IMG/VR virus record: IMGVR_UViG_3300021431_000075
Span: 224,001-288,000 of that record
Reading direction: 5' to 3' (one strand)
DNA: 64,000 bases
Source: a virus
Lineage: Duplodnaviria; Caudoviricetes
Below, in pieces: positions 10,277 through 20,700 of the stretch. Within the stretch, counting starts at the first letter, position 1; every line of letters begins with the position of its first letter. A model generated the notes under the pieces. It made no database searches and was not told where the DNA came from. It saw only the letters and a list, made by a program, of their open reading frames with translations. The translations under genes were made by a program, and so were the position numbers.

Positions 10277-11026
10277 TTATGCCGGCTGCTGCTGTTCTTC
10301 CTTGATTGACTTGAATATGCCATTCAATGCAGGATCGCTCATGTAGCTGTCATAGAAGTCGCCGTTCCTCGTGAAGAAATCACGGATATCCGTGATTGTC
10401 CGGCTATCATAATAATAGTCCGGTTCCATGTTGTCATAGACCGTTTCAGATATGCGCAGGACCTTCGCCGAGACGGCCGGCTTGCTTGCAAGGCTCATCG
10501 CGGCGTTTACCGCGGAACCGGTGAATACAACCACATGCTCGTCCGGTTTGGCAGCCGGCGCGAACGACACGGTGACAGGACCGTAATCTGCTCCCATACG
10601 GCATCGTACAGTACCCTTGTAGTCCAGCGTTGACCATGCTGTCGCGTTAACAATCGCTATCGCTGAATATATCTTTGACATGACAATCACCGCATTCGCG
10701 AATGCGTACTTGAAAACCGTCTCGAACACCGCGATGACTATGTTTCCGCAAACGCTTATGTCAACACAAAACTGCTCCAGCAGCGCAATAGCCTCATGGA
10801 TGGCGCACAACATGACCTTGTCGTCAGTGTCCGCGTTATCGGTTCCCTTATCAAGGTCGATAATGACACAGACTGCCGTGCATTTGCCGCGTTTCATTCC
10901 GCACGGAGTTTTCTCCAGTTCCCTGGCATTAGGAACATCGTCGCTCTTTTCAAATCGATCATACAAGACAGCCCTGACTCTTTTCTGGATGTCTGTCTCG
11001 TAATAATCCAACGGTATCGGTCTCAT
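10277..11026 (-). CDS. Class III nucleotidyl cyclase-like protein (PycC-like layout), probably catalytically degenerate
   Basis: VIIDL...CGNIVIAVF...CRMGADYG...FTGSAVNAAMSL...RISETVYDNM follows the class III cyclase motif order. The GD aspartate appears as GN and the N+4 Arg/Lys as Ser. Confidence 0.6.
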   Translation of the reverse strand: MRPIPLDYYETDIQKRVRAVLYDRFEKSDDVPNARELEKTPCGMKRGKCTAVCVIIDLDKGTDNADTDDKVMLCAIHEAIALLEQFCVDISVCGNIVIAVFETVFKYAFANAVIVMSKIYSAIAIVNATAWSTLDYKGTVRCRMGADYGPVTVSFAPAAKPDEHVVVFTGSAVNAAMSLASKPAVSAKVLRISETVYDNMEPDYYYDSRTITDIRDFFTRNGDFYDSYMSDPALNGIFKSIKEEQQQPA

Positions 11027-11076
11027 ATCCGGTTGTCTTTAATAAAATAAATAGTTCAAAACAAGAAAGATTCTAA

Positions 11077-11862
11077 ATGAAAAAACTATGGGACTGGCTT
11101 CTCTCCCTGTTCAGGAAGAAGCCTGCTGAAAATACGGAACCCGAGAGTCCGCAGACGGCATCCGACAGCGGTAATGGCTGCAGTTCCGGCACGGTTGATG
11201 ACGTCGATGACAATGAACCGTGGCCTGCGTTCCCGGATGAACCGGACATTCAGGAAAACGGAGTCACAGAACCTGAAACAGAGCACCTGCACGAGCCTGA
11301 CATCGCGCCCGGCATCATCGTCACGGAAGAGTCCAAGGTCGAGGTGCATGACGCTCCGTCATCAGAGCCTGACGTGCTGCAGGCGTCCCCGAAGAGCATC
11401 ATGCTCTCTCCGCACTTCTCACTGCACGAGCTGACCAACAGCGCGACCGCCGTCAGATACGGAATCGACAACACGCCGAACGACACGCAGACCGCGAACC
11501 TCGTCCTGCTCTGCCAGAAGGTGCTTGAGCCTATAAGGGTCAAGTACGGAAAGCCTGTCGTGGTGAGTTCCGGGTTCAGGTGTCCGGCTCTCAACAGGAA
11601 GGTCGGCGGCGCGTCGACAAGCCAGCACGTATCCGGACAGGCGGCTGACATCCACAGCGTGTCTGACACGCTTGCGGACAACAAGAAGCTGTACGACCTG
11701 ATAGTCAGGAGCGGCATCGTGTTCGACCAGCTCATATACGAGTACGGAAACTCGGCAGGTCCGGACTGGATACACGTGTCGTTCAGCTCGAAGGGGAACC
11801 GCAGGCAGAAGCTCAGGGCGACCAAGTCCGGTTCCAAGACCGTATACACGGTCGTCAAGTAG
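11077..11862 (+). CDS. Endolysin, peptidase M15 (D-Ala-D-Ala carboxypeptidase-like) with acidic N-terminal extension
   Basis: HFSLHEL...SSGFRCPALNRKVGG..SQHVSGQAADI...WIHVS. ATAAATA at 11047-11053. Confidence 0.9.
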   Translation: MKKLWDWLLSLFRKKPAENTEPESPQTASDSGNGCSSGTVDDVDDNEPWPAFPDEPDIQENGVTEPETEHLHEPDIAPGIIVTEESKVEVHDAPSSEPDVLQASPKSIMLSPHFSLHELTNSATAVRYGIDNTPNDTQTANLVLLCQKVLEPIRVKYGKPVVVSSGFRCPALNRKVGGASTSQHVSGQAADIHSVSDTLADNKKLYDLIVRSGIVFDQLIYEYGNSAGPDWIHVSFSSKGNRRQKLRATKSGSKTVYTVVK

Positions 11863-11886
11863 CATCCATGCATATCCTGAATAAGC

Positions 11887-11925
11887 AAAAACACCACACG
11901 ATGTTCGACCGTGTGGTGTTTTTTT
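11887..11925. terminator. Bidirectional intrinsic terminator
   Basis: AAAAACACCACACG / CGTGTGGTGTTTTT stem between convergent genes. Confidence 0.85.
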
Positions 11926-11930
11926 CTTTG

Positions 11931-12752
11931 TCATTCAATCTCCTTTCCACAGAACGGACAGAACCTGAACTTCGTCTTGACTTTCCTTCCGCAGTACGGG
12001 CAGTACATCTTCGCAAGGTCCCTGGAGCCGACAGGCTTCCTCGACCTCGGGAGAATCCTCATCGTCTCGGTATGGAACGGAACCGAGAAGAAGTTCGCGT
12101 CCACTTGGTTCATCTGCTGCGACGACCAGTCTCCCTTGCCGACCTTTCCGGTCTCCATCGCCTGACTCCCGGCTAATGCCGAATTGTAGTACGCCGCGTT
12201 TTCCGCGGTTTCAGTGGGTTCCGCCGCGTCGCAGCAGCAGCTCGTGAACGACTGGCAGATCTTGGCGTCAAGCGTGATGTCTGAAGGATTGTAGTTCCCG
12301 GAATCGTTCTTGAGATAGATGGCGGAACCGTTTCCTCCTGTCCCGTGATAGAAGTCGAAGCCCTTTCCGCCGTCGAACGACTGGATGAACGCAGGTCTGT
12401 GCGAATAGTCCTTCCATTCCCTGAAGAACTCCACCTTGACCGTTCCGTTCTCTCGAATCGCATTGACCGCATCCTTGTCGCTTCCGTCAATCTCGTAGGT
12501 CGAGAACTTGAACTTCCTGCTGGTTCCGACATAGCGCTCCAGCCACACCCTCTCTCCGGGCCTCAGCACGATGAGTCCGCCGATGCTCTCGCCCTCTATG
12601 ACGACGTTCGCTCCGACAGTGCATGTTTCCGGATTGAAAAGCTGAATCTGGAACTGGTCGCCGTCCTGCATATAGACGGTCCTGTCTGTTCCGTACTCCT
12701 TAAGGAGACTCTTGTTGATGGCGATCTTCGCCATCGGTTTCTGATTGCTCAT
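11931..12752 (-). CDS. Hypothetical protein with C-terminal zinc ribbon
   Basis: 273 aa ending in CPYCG...CPFCG. Confidence 0.7.
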   Translation of the reverse strand: MSNQKPMAKIAINKSLLKEYGTDRTVYMQDGDQFQIQLFNPETCTVGANVVIEGESIGGLIVLRPGERVWLERYVGTSRKFKFSTYEIDGSDKDAVNAIRENGTVKVEFFREWKDYSHRPAFIQSFDGGKGFDFYHGTGGNGSAIYLKNDSGNYNPSDITLDAKICQSFTSCCCDAAEPTETAENAAYYNSALAGSQAMETGKVGKGDWSSQQMNQVDANFFSVPFHTETMRILPRSRKPVGSRDLAKMYCPYCGRKVKTKFRFCPFCGKEIE

Positions 12753-12877
12753 TAGTCTAAAAATTGATTTTTATAAACTACCCGGAACTGTCGTCGCATC
12801 TTCATAATCCAATGCTCATGGGACGTGATTGCTCGCGTCTCGACAGAACCGGACATCGCATCTTGTCATTCAAACGG

Positions 12878-14905
12878 TCACTCCGCCATGAGTCCGATGA
12901 GGGAGTCCTTCGACAGATTTCCGAAGTCTATGTCAACCTCCCCGTCATAATCGGGACCCACAATCCTGAAGCCGGCAGCCTCAAGAAGCGGCACTGAATC
13001 CGCGTAGCACCCGCTCTCCAAGATAAGGGAGTCGAGCCTCTTACTTGTCCACCCGCCGTATCTGGAGACTGCGGAGTTTCCGTTGTTCGTATTTATCAAT
13101 GTGAAACTGTCTGCATTGACGATTCCCACTGAAATATCGCGGCAGTTCTCATGCTCGATCTCGACATCAAGCCTGATGCTGTTCGGATCGACCATGTAGT
13201 TGCTGTGCATATGCTCGATGTTCTCCTGACCGAATATCATGCGGAACTTCGACTTGCTGTTTCCGGAGTACTGGTTCACGGTGACGAAGCCGTTCGGACA
13301 TTCCTTCCTGACGAACAGCAGCTCTGTCGCCTCAGGTTCCGCGTTCGTCATGTCCCCGGAGAACACGACCTTATGATTGTCGTCATAGTAACTGCTGTTC
13401 CAGCCGATCTTCCGCCCGTTCTCGTCAAGGAAGGACAGGTCGTAGTCGTTAGTTCCCCACTCGTTGCGCCAGTAGCATCCGATGAAGTTGTTCTCCGTCA
13501 TCCTGTATCTGGTTCCGCACGGATAGTTCCCGATGAACGCCTTCTCCGATACGGGAAGCGGAACGGTGACATCCCTCGCGGTCCTGACAACGACCGGCAC
13601 GACGGCAGGTCTTGTAGTCTCGTCGCACTCCTCGTCCACGACAGTCTTCGTGCTGTGCCTCCTCAGTGTATCCACGATAGAGTCGGTAAGGACCTTGGAC
13701 AGCATGCCGATTCTATCCATGCTTGTCTGCGGACAGTAGTTCTCCCTGATGAATGTCTTCCTGTTCCTGATGGTGTACATCTGCATGGGAACCTGCCTCA
13801 TGCGCCTGTTGCACAGGTTCAGCAGGGAGACCTTCCTGTAAGCGGTCAGCTCGCCGATATGACTCTTGAGTTCGTCTTCCGTATGGTCGGTGTCGAACAC
13901 TGTCTGCCAGAAGCCCTTTGCAAGTGGCTTGTGGTTCCTGACTGCAAGCTTGCGTATCTTGTTGACAACCGGACCGTTCGAATGGTGGTTCTTCTTCAGC
14001 GCGCAGAACAGCATCTTGAAGCGGTAGAACAATGTAGATAGTCCGGCAACCTGCCCGTCGTCGAGAACAGACATGTCGAAAGTGTTCGTTCCATATGAAA
14101 TCTTCTTGAACGTCTCGTTGTTCTTGACAACCATGGTATCGCCTGTCGTCTTGAGCATGATCAGGCGGAACAGCGCCATCGGATTGCGCGGAAAGATTCC
14201 GAGCCTGTCGCAGATGTACACCTGCGCCTCGCGGTTCCTGATGGAATCAATGTCCAGACCGGTTCTGTAGTCCATGCAATAGGCAATGACATAGTCGGCA
14301 AGCGCGGTCATCGTGTTCTTGTTCAGCGCGATTCCGCTGACAAGCATCCCGACGCACTTGTCATATAGTTCCGACTCGGAAATCGGATTGATAGCCTTGA
14401 ACTGGGTCCAGTCCGGAACTTCCGAGAAGTCCATGTCGTTCGGCACGAAGCCGTTGCCCAGAGAGAAGTCCGTCCCGTATGTTGTCATGTAATGGACAAT
14501 CTGGTCTATGAGCAGCTCGTACCGGTTCTTGGACACGACATCCTCGACGGTCTTGTAGAAGGTAGCGTTCGGGTTCACCGCGACTTCCTTGACAAACTTG
14601 AGCACATGCTCGTTGCAGACATCCGGATGCACGACATAGCCTCTTGACATCGCGTATTCGTTAACGACTTCCGGATTGACCGCGCACGTGTCGTCCACGA
14701 TGCACACGTTGAACATCTTGATGAGCGGAGCGTAATCGACCGATTTGATTTTTCCCATTGTCTTGTCCATTGCCTTATAGTTATTAAAAAAGGATGCGTC
14801 GGAGTGTAAAACAAAGCCTAACATTATTATAAAAAAGGAACACTCTATGACGCATCCGTGTAGAGAAGAAAAATTACAGGTGCAAATATATGGATTTATT
14901 TTCAA
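12878..14905 (-). CDS. Conserved large phage protein with TerD-like C-terminal segment (true start probably ~14770)
   Basis: DYDLSFLD...IGWNS...FSGDMTNA motif. A TAnnTTTG promoter at 14883-14890 lies inside the annotated 5' end. Confidence 0.55.
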   Translation of the reverse strand: MKINPYICTCNFSSLHGCVIECSFFIIMLGFVLHSDASFFNNYKAMDKTMGKIKSVDYAPLIKMFNVCIVDDTCAVNPEVVNEYAMSRGYVVHPDVCNEHVLKFVKEVAVNPNATFYKTVEDVVSKNRYELLIDQIVHYMTTYGTDFSLGNGFVPNDMDFSEVPDWTQFKAINPISESELYDKCVGMLVSGIALNKNTMTALADYVIAYCMDYRTGLDIDSIRNREAQVYICDRLGIFPRNPMALFRLIMLKTTGDTMVVKNNETFKKISYGTNTFDMSVLDDGQVAGLSTLFYRFKMLFCALKKNHHSNGPVVNKIRKLAVRNHKPLAKGFWQTVFDTDHTEDELKSHIGELTAYRKVSLLNLCNRRMRQVPMQMYTIRNRKTFIRENYCPQTSMDRIGMLSKVLTDSIVDTLRRHSTKTVVDEECDETTRPAVVPVVVRTARDVTVPLPVSEKAFIGNYPCGTRYRMTENNFIGCYWRNEWGTNDYDLSFLDENGRKIGWNSSYYDDNHKVVFSGDMTNAEPEATELLFVRKECPNGFVTVNQYSGNSKSKFRMIFGQENIEHMHSNYMVDPNSIRLDVEIEHENCRDISVGIVNADSFTLINTNNGNSAVSRYGGWTSKRLDSLILESGCYADSVPLLEAAGFRIVGPDYDGEVDIDFGNLSKDSLIGLMAE

Positions 14906-14960
14906 CCGTGCAAACTTTTTCCTGAAAAAATAAAGAAATTAAACAAAATTTAGGAAAAGC

Positions 14961-14992
14961 AAAAGGCATCCTGCATTTTCGGATGCCTTTTT
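14961..14992. terminator. Intrinsic terminator
   Basis: AAAAGGCATCC...GGATGCCTTTTT. Confidence 0.8.
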
Positions 14993-15001
14993 CAAAGTCA
15001 A

Positions 15002-15631
15002 TCAGAGTCGATTAACCGAGATTATGAACCTGACCATGGTCTCTATATCTTCAAATACAACCTGACCGAGTTCGTCCTCGTAGTAAGAACCGTCCGGCGG
15101 ATTGTCGCTGTCAATGTCCATGAAAGGAACCCAGCAGTCATACTCGTCGTCATAGTAGAACGGAACCTTCTTCTTGACATGGCAGCCCTGGAATATTATC
15201 TCGTCATTGCCGTCGCCCCTGTGGTAAGCCCTGACGCCGTCCGTGCATAGAACGAACCCGAAGTCTCCATAACCGCGGTCCTCTCCGAGATACTCGGAAT
15301 CAACCGGCAACGCGAAGTTCCATCCTGCTCCGCGCTTCGTGCCATCGCCGTAATAGGTTGCAGAATAAGCCAGTTCGTCATAATTTGAAACGCCGATGAC
15401 GAAGCCGTCCTTGTTGATGCCTTCATAGCCTTCCGCATTGGTAAAGTGGACGCACCATTCGTCACGGACTATGGCTTTCGGCTCGAAGTAGTTGTATGCC
15501 TTGTATAGCGGGTTCAGGGAACCGTCATTGTCATATATGTCATCTGTCGGTTCCTGACTCAGATAATCGAACAGGTCACGGAGCAGCCGCTCCTGCTCAT
15601 GCAGACTCTTATACTCGTTCAATAAAATCAT
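15002..15631 (-). CDS. Hypothetical protein (acidic, LNE-type N-terminus)
   Basis: 209-aa ORF in an operon with typical codon usage. Confidence 0.65.
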   Translation of the reverse strand: MILLNEYKSLHEQERLLRDLFDYLSQEPTDDIYDNDGSLNPLYKAYNYFEPKAIVRDEWCVHFTNAEGYEGINKDGFVIGVSNYDELAYSATYYGDGTKRGAGWNFALPVDSEYLGEDRGYGDFGFVLCTDGVRAYHRGDGNDEIIFQGCHVKKKVPFYYDDEYDCWVPFMDIDSDNPPDGSYYEDELGQVVFEDIETMVRFIISVNRL

Positions 15632-15655
15632 ATCCGGATTGCCAGATTATTTCAC

Positions 15656-16132
15656 CTACCAGATCCACATGTTCCAAGGATCCTCGAAGCTTCCGCCGCC
15701 GTAGTTTCCGTACTCGTCGCGCATCTCCGACGAAGTGTTGTAGAAGTCGTCTGTGGTGTCTGACCTACCGCTCGCCTCTTCCATGTCCCAGCATCCCTCG
15801 CCGCGGTCGTAGAACACGGCAACGCGGACCTTTCCGTTCGAGAAAGCCTCCGCGCCGTACTGGTCGTATCCGTCACGCGTGAAGCCGAGAGCCTTCAGCG
15901 CAGCCTTGTAGTGGGTCTTGCCACTCTCCAGATCGCCGGGCCAGTTCCTTTCCGCGTAGTCATATACAGCATCCGAGACTTCCATGTACGTCCGGAGAAC
16001 CGGAGCATTGTCACTACTGCTCTCGTCGATGCGTCGCCTGCCCGTTCTTCCTGCAGGCTTCCTGCTCTCGTATATGTGCTTCTTTATTATTTTCCGCAGT
16101 TCCGCGTCTGACATTATCGAACTTCTTCTCAT
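15656..16132 (-). CDS. Hypothetical protein (IYES-type leader)
   Basis: 158-aa ORF with ELRKIIKKHIYES at the N-terminus. Confidence 0.65.
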   Translation of the reverse strand: MRRSSIMSDAELRKIIKKHIYESRKPAGRTGRRRIDESSSDNAPVLRTYMEVSDAVYDYAERNWPGDLESGKTHYKAALKALGFTRDGYDQYGAEAFSNGKVRVAVFYDRGEGCWDMEEASGRSDTTDDFYNTSSEMRDEYGNYGGGSFEDPWNMWIW

Positions 16133-16150
16133 CTATTATGCGTTTAAGGT

Positions 16151-16666
16151 TTATATTATTATTGATTCAGTGAGCGGTCCGTACTTCTTCCTGACCCAGT
16201 CCTTGAGCCTCATCCTGTACGTGTCCCCGTACTTGCTGTACACGTAGAAGCCGTTGCGGTAGAACAGCGACACGGCGCCGCGGTTCCTCTTTGCGACCGA
16301 GAGCGTGTCGCAGCCCTTGGACACCGCCTTGCGGATGAGCTTGGTGGCGAAGCCGAGACGCATGAAACTCTCCGAAGTCTCCAAGGAAACCAGTTTGTTC
16401 TTATCGACCGCTATGAAAGCGACGAACTCGCTGCCCTTCATGATAATCCATCCATATGTGTTCTTTCCGATGCGGACCGACTTCAACGCCTTGCAGTGAC
16501 TTCCGTACTGCTTCTGGGTTTCTTCCGTGAGGTCGAGCCACTTCACCCTGTCCCTCGACTCGTTCAGCGTTGACGCCGGATGCTCGGAGCGGAGCCTGCG
16601 TTTCACATATGTGGAAAGGGTCCTCATCACGGACTCGTAAAGCATCACCTTCTCTTTCTTGTTCAT
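16151..16666 (-). CDS. GNAT-family acetyltransferase with LYES leader
   Basis: FMRLGFATKLI...NRGAVSLFYRNGF GNAT motifs A/B. N-terminal LYESVMRTLS...LRSE. Confidence 0.75.
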   Translation of the reverse strand: MNKKEKVMLYESVMRTLSTYVKRRLRSEHPASTLNESRDRVKWLDLTEETQKQYGSHCKALKSVRIGKNTYGWIIMKGSEFVAFIAVDKNKLVSLETSESFMRLGFATKLIRKAVSKGCDTLSVAKRNRGAVSLFYRNGFYVYSKYGDTYRMRLKDWVRKKYGPLTESIII

Positions 16667-16750
16667 CTCTGGTGAAATTTCATTTCCTTATTTATTTTCA
16701 GAAAACGATGATTGACAAATAAATATAGAAGAAAACTGGCGAAGCAGAAG

Positions 16751-17305
16751 ATGAGACACAGAACCACAAACCGTTCGGTATACGAAGACATACTGAAGGA
16801 TGTCAGGAAGATTGTCCGCAGACACCTGAACGAGATAAACATAATGGGAGTCGAGGTTGACTCCGCAATCCAGGGAAAGATGAGCGACCTTGACGACATA
16901 GACAAGGAGGTTCCGTTCAAGGACAGGAAGATAACCGAGACCGTGCAGGGAATCTACAAGAAGATGTTCCTCGGCAAGTACGCGTACTTCATGAAGCAGA
17001 ACAAGATGCAGGACACGATAGAGTGGTCGTACAAGATGAACAGCGCATGCACCGACGGGTTCGAGGGAAGGCTGGTCATGAATCCGGAATTCGCGACGTT
17101 CATATACGAGAACACCGGAGAACTCGGAATCCAGTTCATCATCCTGCACGAGACGATGCACAACTACTACAACAACGTGAGGCACGCGCAGAAGGTGGAC
17201 TCTGTCGCAGCGAACATATCCGTGGACAGGAGAATCAACGGGGAAATCATCAGCAGGTGGCCGGAGTTCAAGGAGATTCCGGAGAAGATTGGCGCGCTGC
17301 TGTGA
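16751..17305 (+). CDS. Putative HExxH metallopeptidase (DUF2201 N-terminal-like) with YE..LNE leader
   Basis: ACTDG...FIILHETMH...ANISVDRRIN. ATG 16751 lies downstream of ATAAATA at 16719-16725. Confidence 0.65.
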   Translation: MRHRTTNRSVYEDILKDVRKIVRRHLNEINIMGVEVDSAIQGKMSDLDDIDKEVPFKDRKITETVQGIYKKMFLGKYAYFMKQNKMQDTIEWSYKMNSACTDGFEGRLVMNPEFATFIYENTGELGIQFIILHETMHNYYNNVRHAQKVDSVAANISVDRRINGEIISRWPEFKEIPEKIGALL

Positions 17306-17492
17306 TTAAGACAGACAAGACATATATTCAAGTAGCAGCATATGCACAGGTTTCATAAAGCCGAGCATATGCTGCCTTATTTTATTATGTACAGGTACAT
17401 TATTTGTTATCATATATTGAAAATTATATAAAATATATGATTGTTTAACATCATTTAACAAGTAATATTACAATCCTGATTTCTTTTATTGC

Positions 17493-17500
17493 TATATTTG
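17493..17500 (+). promoter_or_regulatory. Bacteroidota-type -7 promoter element upstream of cas9
   Basis: TATATTTG matches TAnnTTTG. The -33 element is weak. Confidence 0.5.
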
Positions 17501-17548
17501 CATCATGTTTTTAAATCAAAACAATATGAACAGTTGCTATGACATAAT

Positions 17549-17648
17549 AAAAAAGAAAGAATCGCTCAATGAACGACTCTCTCTAATGCGAAAACGCAAC
17601 GGTAAAATTCGTAAAGAATAAACCTTATTGCGAATCACTTGCATACAT
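17549..17648 (-). ncRNA. tracrRNA: tracrRNA of the type II-C system
   Basis: 17627-17648 (ATTGCGAATCACTTGCATACAT) matches the repeat 5' half, so the minus strand is an anti-repeat. It is followed by an AAUAAGG...CCG nexus, a UGCG/CGCA hairpin and a GAGAGAGUCGUUCA-UUGAGCGAUUCUUUC-U6 terminator. Own promoter TACCTTTG (17660-17653) with TTTG 20 nt upstream. Confidence 0.9.
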
Positions 17649-17728
17649 GGTGCAAAGGTAAGCATATTGTTCGGTTCATGCAAATATAATTACAAGAATA
17701 TTTCATTCATTAATAATTTTTAACAAAA

Positions 17729-20700
17729 ATGAAAAAAATCATCGGTCTTGACCTCGGCACGACGACTGTCGGATGGTCTTATCTGAAAGTGCCGGAGAAT
17801 GAAAATGAAACACTGGAAGTCGTCGACTCTGATCCCAGAATCATACCGACAGCGTTGAACAAGACGGAATTCGACGCATACCAGCAAGGAAACGCTGTTA
17901 CGATAAACGCAGACAGACGGAAGTATAGAAGTTCAAGAACTGTCAAGAAAAGATACAAGGAACGCAGGAGAGACCTGACAAACCTGTGCATATCATGCGG
18001 CTTCATAAAAGACAAATCCGAACTCACATCATGCGAGTCTACGAAATTCTTCCAGACACTGAAAGTAAGAGCTGCTGCTGTTACAGAGCAAGTTTCCCTT
18101 CAGGACCTTGCTCGTATTCTTGTCCAGATAAACAAGAAGCGTGGATACAAAAGCAGCAGGAAACTGAACAAGGCTGACACTGAATCGACCGGAAGCGTCG
18201 ATGTTGCCATGAAAATCCGAACCAGCGGGATGACTCCGTCGCAATACACGTACAGCAGGATGCAGTCAGGCAACTTTGCCGTTCCGTCATACTTCAAGTC
18301 GGATTTGGTGAACGAGCTTGATAGAATATGGAACTTCCAGAAAAGGTTCTATCCGGATATTCTGACAGACGAGTTGTGGAAAGAGATGGATGGGAAGAAG
18401 CAGAGGGATACGATTTCAATTTTTAAGAAACATGGCATCATGCAGGACGACTGCAAGGAAGCAAGCGCGAATGAGAAAAAAATGAATATCGCGAAATGGG
18501 GTGTTGATGCCATTAGCGAACAGATTCCGCTATCCAGACTTGCGACAGTCATCGCAGTCCTGAAAGGCAAGATAGGCGCGACAAGCGAGATGCTTGACAC
18601 TCTTGGCGATCACACAATAATCCTCACAATCAACAACTGGTCTATCGGACAGTACTTGATGGACATCGTCAAGAAAAACAGCAATGCGAGAATCAGCAAC
18701 ATCAGGTTCTATAGAAACGACTACGACAATGAGTTCAGCATGATATGGAACAAGCAGGCTGAATTCTATCCGGAACTGACCGATGAGCTAAAGAAGAAGT
18801 TCCATGACATCATATTCTTCCAGAGACCCCGTCCGAGCATGAAGTACCTTGTCAACTACTGCGAGCTTGAGAGCAAAGAAATCGAGGTCGTCAAGAACGG
18901 AAAGAAGATAAAGGTAACTACTGGGAGCAAGGTCTGTCCGAAATCATCGCCGCTGTTCCAAGAATTCAGATTGTGGCAGACGTTGAACAACATACAGGTG
19001 AAGGATACCAAGACGAAAGATTCCAGACGGCTTTCTGTCGATGAGATGAACATCCTTGCATCCGAACTTGAGACCAGAGAGAAACTGGACAAGAGCGAAA
19101 TACTCAAGATTCTGGATATAAACCAGAACGACTTCGATATCAACTACAAGAAGATACCCGGAAACAAGACACAGACCGCGCTGCTCAACGCATACTTATC
19201 CGTAATAGAGTCTATGGGGAACGAACCATTTGATGTTGAAAATGCAAGCGGTTCACAACTGATGGACTATGTCAAGAACTCGTTTGAAAAGAACGGATTC
19301 AACGCAAGCGTCCTACACTTCAACTCCGACACGAACGACATCTCGAAAGACAGCATGTACATGCTATGGCATCTTCTGTATTCATATGCAGGAGACAACT
19401 CCAGACTCGGTTTTGAATCGCTCATCACGAAAGTAAGGGAGATGCTCAACTTAAACAACGATGACCAAGCAAAGGCTGTCGTGGGAGTGATGCTCGAAGA
19501 AGACTACGGAAACCTAAGCGCGAAAGCGATGAAGAAGATTCTTCCGTTCATGAAGAAAGGGCTTGAATACGACAAAGCTTGCGAGCAAGCCGGATACAAT
19601 TTCTCGAAAACATCAATCCGGAAGTCGGAATACAGCAATCAGGTTTTGCTTGAACATCTTGAACTGCTGCGAAAGAACAGTCTCCGCAATCCGATAGCCG
19701 AGAAAATCATCAACCAGATGATCAATGTCGTGAACATGCTGATTGACAAGTACGGAAAGCCGGACGGTTTCTGCGTAGAGCTTGCACGCGAACTGAAGAA
19801 CAGCATAAAGCGCAGAAAGGAAATATACGAACAGAACCAGAAAGCCGAAGAATACAACAACAAAATCAAAGATATTATATCAAAGCCTCCGTTCAACTGC
19901 CCATATCCGTCGGAACAGAAGAACATCGACAGATACAAGTTGTACGAAGAACTTGAGCCGAACGGGTTCCGAACTCTGTACTCAGGAACCCTGATAAAGC
20001 CGGAAGAACTGTTTTCCAATAAGTTCAATAGGGAGCATATCATCCCACAGGCAAGGACGACAGACAACAGCCTGTCCAACTTGACACTTGAACTTGAGAC
20101 ATCAAACAGCGACAAAAGCAGCATGACTGCATATGACTATGTCCGGTCAATCGGCAAGACAGAAGAGTATGAGCAAAACGTGAAACGGATATTCGAGAAC
20201 TATTCTCCGGCATTGCTTAAGAAGCGCGGGCTTCCTGAAAACTACGGAAAGACGAAGGCGAAGAACCTCATGACAACATCAGAAGAGATACCGTCCGGAT
20301 TCATCGAGAGAGACCTCAAGCTCACCCAGTTCATCACGAAGAAATGCGCGGAGATTCTTCAGCAACTTGTCGGCATAGAGAACGTAAGGTTCACGACAGG
20401 ACAGGTGACGTCGCAGCTTCGGGAAGACTGGGGTCTCAACGATATGATGAAGGAACTGAACATGGAAAGGCTTGAGGCTTCCGGAAACGTGTATGAAGTG
20501 ACATACGCGAACGGGAACACAGTGAAGAAAGTGAACAACTTCACGAAGCGCAACGATCACCGGAACCATGCCCTTGATGCAATCATCATTGCATGCACTA
20601 CACAAGAGCATATCGTATACATGAACAACAAGAGTTCAAAAGGCAAGAAGAACGGGCAGATATACAAAATCATCAAAACGAAAATGCATAGGGATGGCGA

